NCBI GenBank assembly: GCA_030141605.1
Contig: JAQGDQ010000136.1
Location: forward strand, 248,001 to 312,000
Length of the DNA stretch: 64,000 nucleotides
Source of the DNA: Tubiluchus corallicola
Taxonomy: Eukaryota > Animalia > Priapulida
Reading direction: 5' to 3'
Under the pieces are notes generated by a model that saw only the letters and a list, made by a program, of their open reading frames with translations, made no database searches and was not told the DNA's origin. The position numbers and the translations under genes were made by a program. Numbering within the stretch: position 1 is the first letter of the stretch; each line of letters starts with the position of its first letter. Shown here piece after piece: positions 63,245 to 64,000 of the stretch.

Positions 63245-64000
63245 GTTGCACAGAGTACTCTTCATTAAAAGCGTGCACATGGGTACGCGCAGGACACACA
63301 CTTCATTGTACACACAACACTTTTCATTAAAAATGTACACGTGTACATGCAGAGAACACTCTTTATTGAAAGTGTTCACACACGCAGAGAGCATACTTCA
63401 TTGAAAGTGTACACATGTGTACACGCAGAGAGCATTCTTCATTGAAAGTGTACATATGGGCACATGCAGAGAGCACTCTTTATTGGAAGTGTACCTATGG
63501 GCACATGCAGAGAGCACAATTCATTGAAAGTGTACATATGGGCACATGCAGAGAGCACTCTTTATTGAAAGTGTACACAAGGGTACACGCAGAGAGCAAA
63601 TTTCATTGAAAGTGTACACGTGTACATGCAGAGAGCACTCTTTATTGAAAGTGTACACACACGCAGACAGCACACTTCATTGAACGTGTACACATGTGTA
63701 CATGCAGAGAGCACTCTTCACTGAAAGTGTACACATGGGTACACGCAGAGAGCACACTTCATTGAAAGTGTACAGTGGGCACCTGCAGAGAGCACTCTTC
63801 ATTGAAGGTGTACACATGGGTACACGCAGTGAGCACACTTATTGAAAGTGTACACATGGGCACATGCAGAGAACACTCTTTATTGAAAGTGTACACATGG
63901 GTACATACAGAGAGTTCACTTCACTGAAAGTGTACACAAGTGTACATGCAGTCAGCGCACTTCATTGAGAGTGTGCAAATGTGTACACACAGAGAGCACA
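63245..64000. repeat. 41-bp minisatellite, about 18 copies, running off the window end
   Basis: Consensus gcagagagcactcttcattgaaagtgtacacatgggtacac; the whole unit repeats with no unique spacers. Confidence 0.95.

Noticed and set aside
63245-64000. Regularly spaced repeats that could suggest a CRISPR array
   Set aside because: The whole 41-bp unit repeats without unique spacers, the context is eukaryotic, and no cas genes are present

Overview
AT-rich animal (invertebrate-looking) genomic DNA, not prokaryotic; almost all ORFs in the supplied track are noise from microsatellites or low-complexity sequence. The main feature is one multi-exon + strand gene read directly from GT-AG-bounded Gly-X-Y exons. 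About 30 exons lie between 19717 and 55053 (2060 coding nt if all are included). They encode the ectodomain of a MACIT-type transmembrane collagen (collagen XIII/XXIII/XXV family, C. elegans COL-99), recognised by the C-terminal signature [24 protein letters not shown]. I did not find the cytoplasmic/transmembrane/NC1 exons, so they probably lie upstream of the window. The most interesting signal is apparent alternative splicing. Two homologous 66-nt exons (29908-29973 and 31497-31562) look mutually exclusive and differ by a proprotein-convertase-type site (KRSTR), and the first is flanked by YCAY and (T)GCATG clusters. There is also a 24-nt basic micro-exon and a probable choice between long and short C-termini. 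Introns and flanks hold two copies of a TTAA-flanked Kolobok-like MITE, a hAT MITE with an 8-bp TSD, Tc1/mariner-like MITEs, 5S-related SINE remnants, a compound hexamer satellite, tandem duplications and a 41-bp minisatellite with higher-order structure. All splicing claims are inferred from sequence and need RNA evidence.
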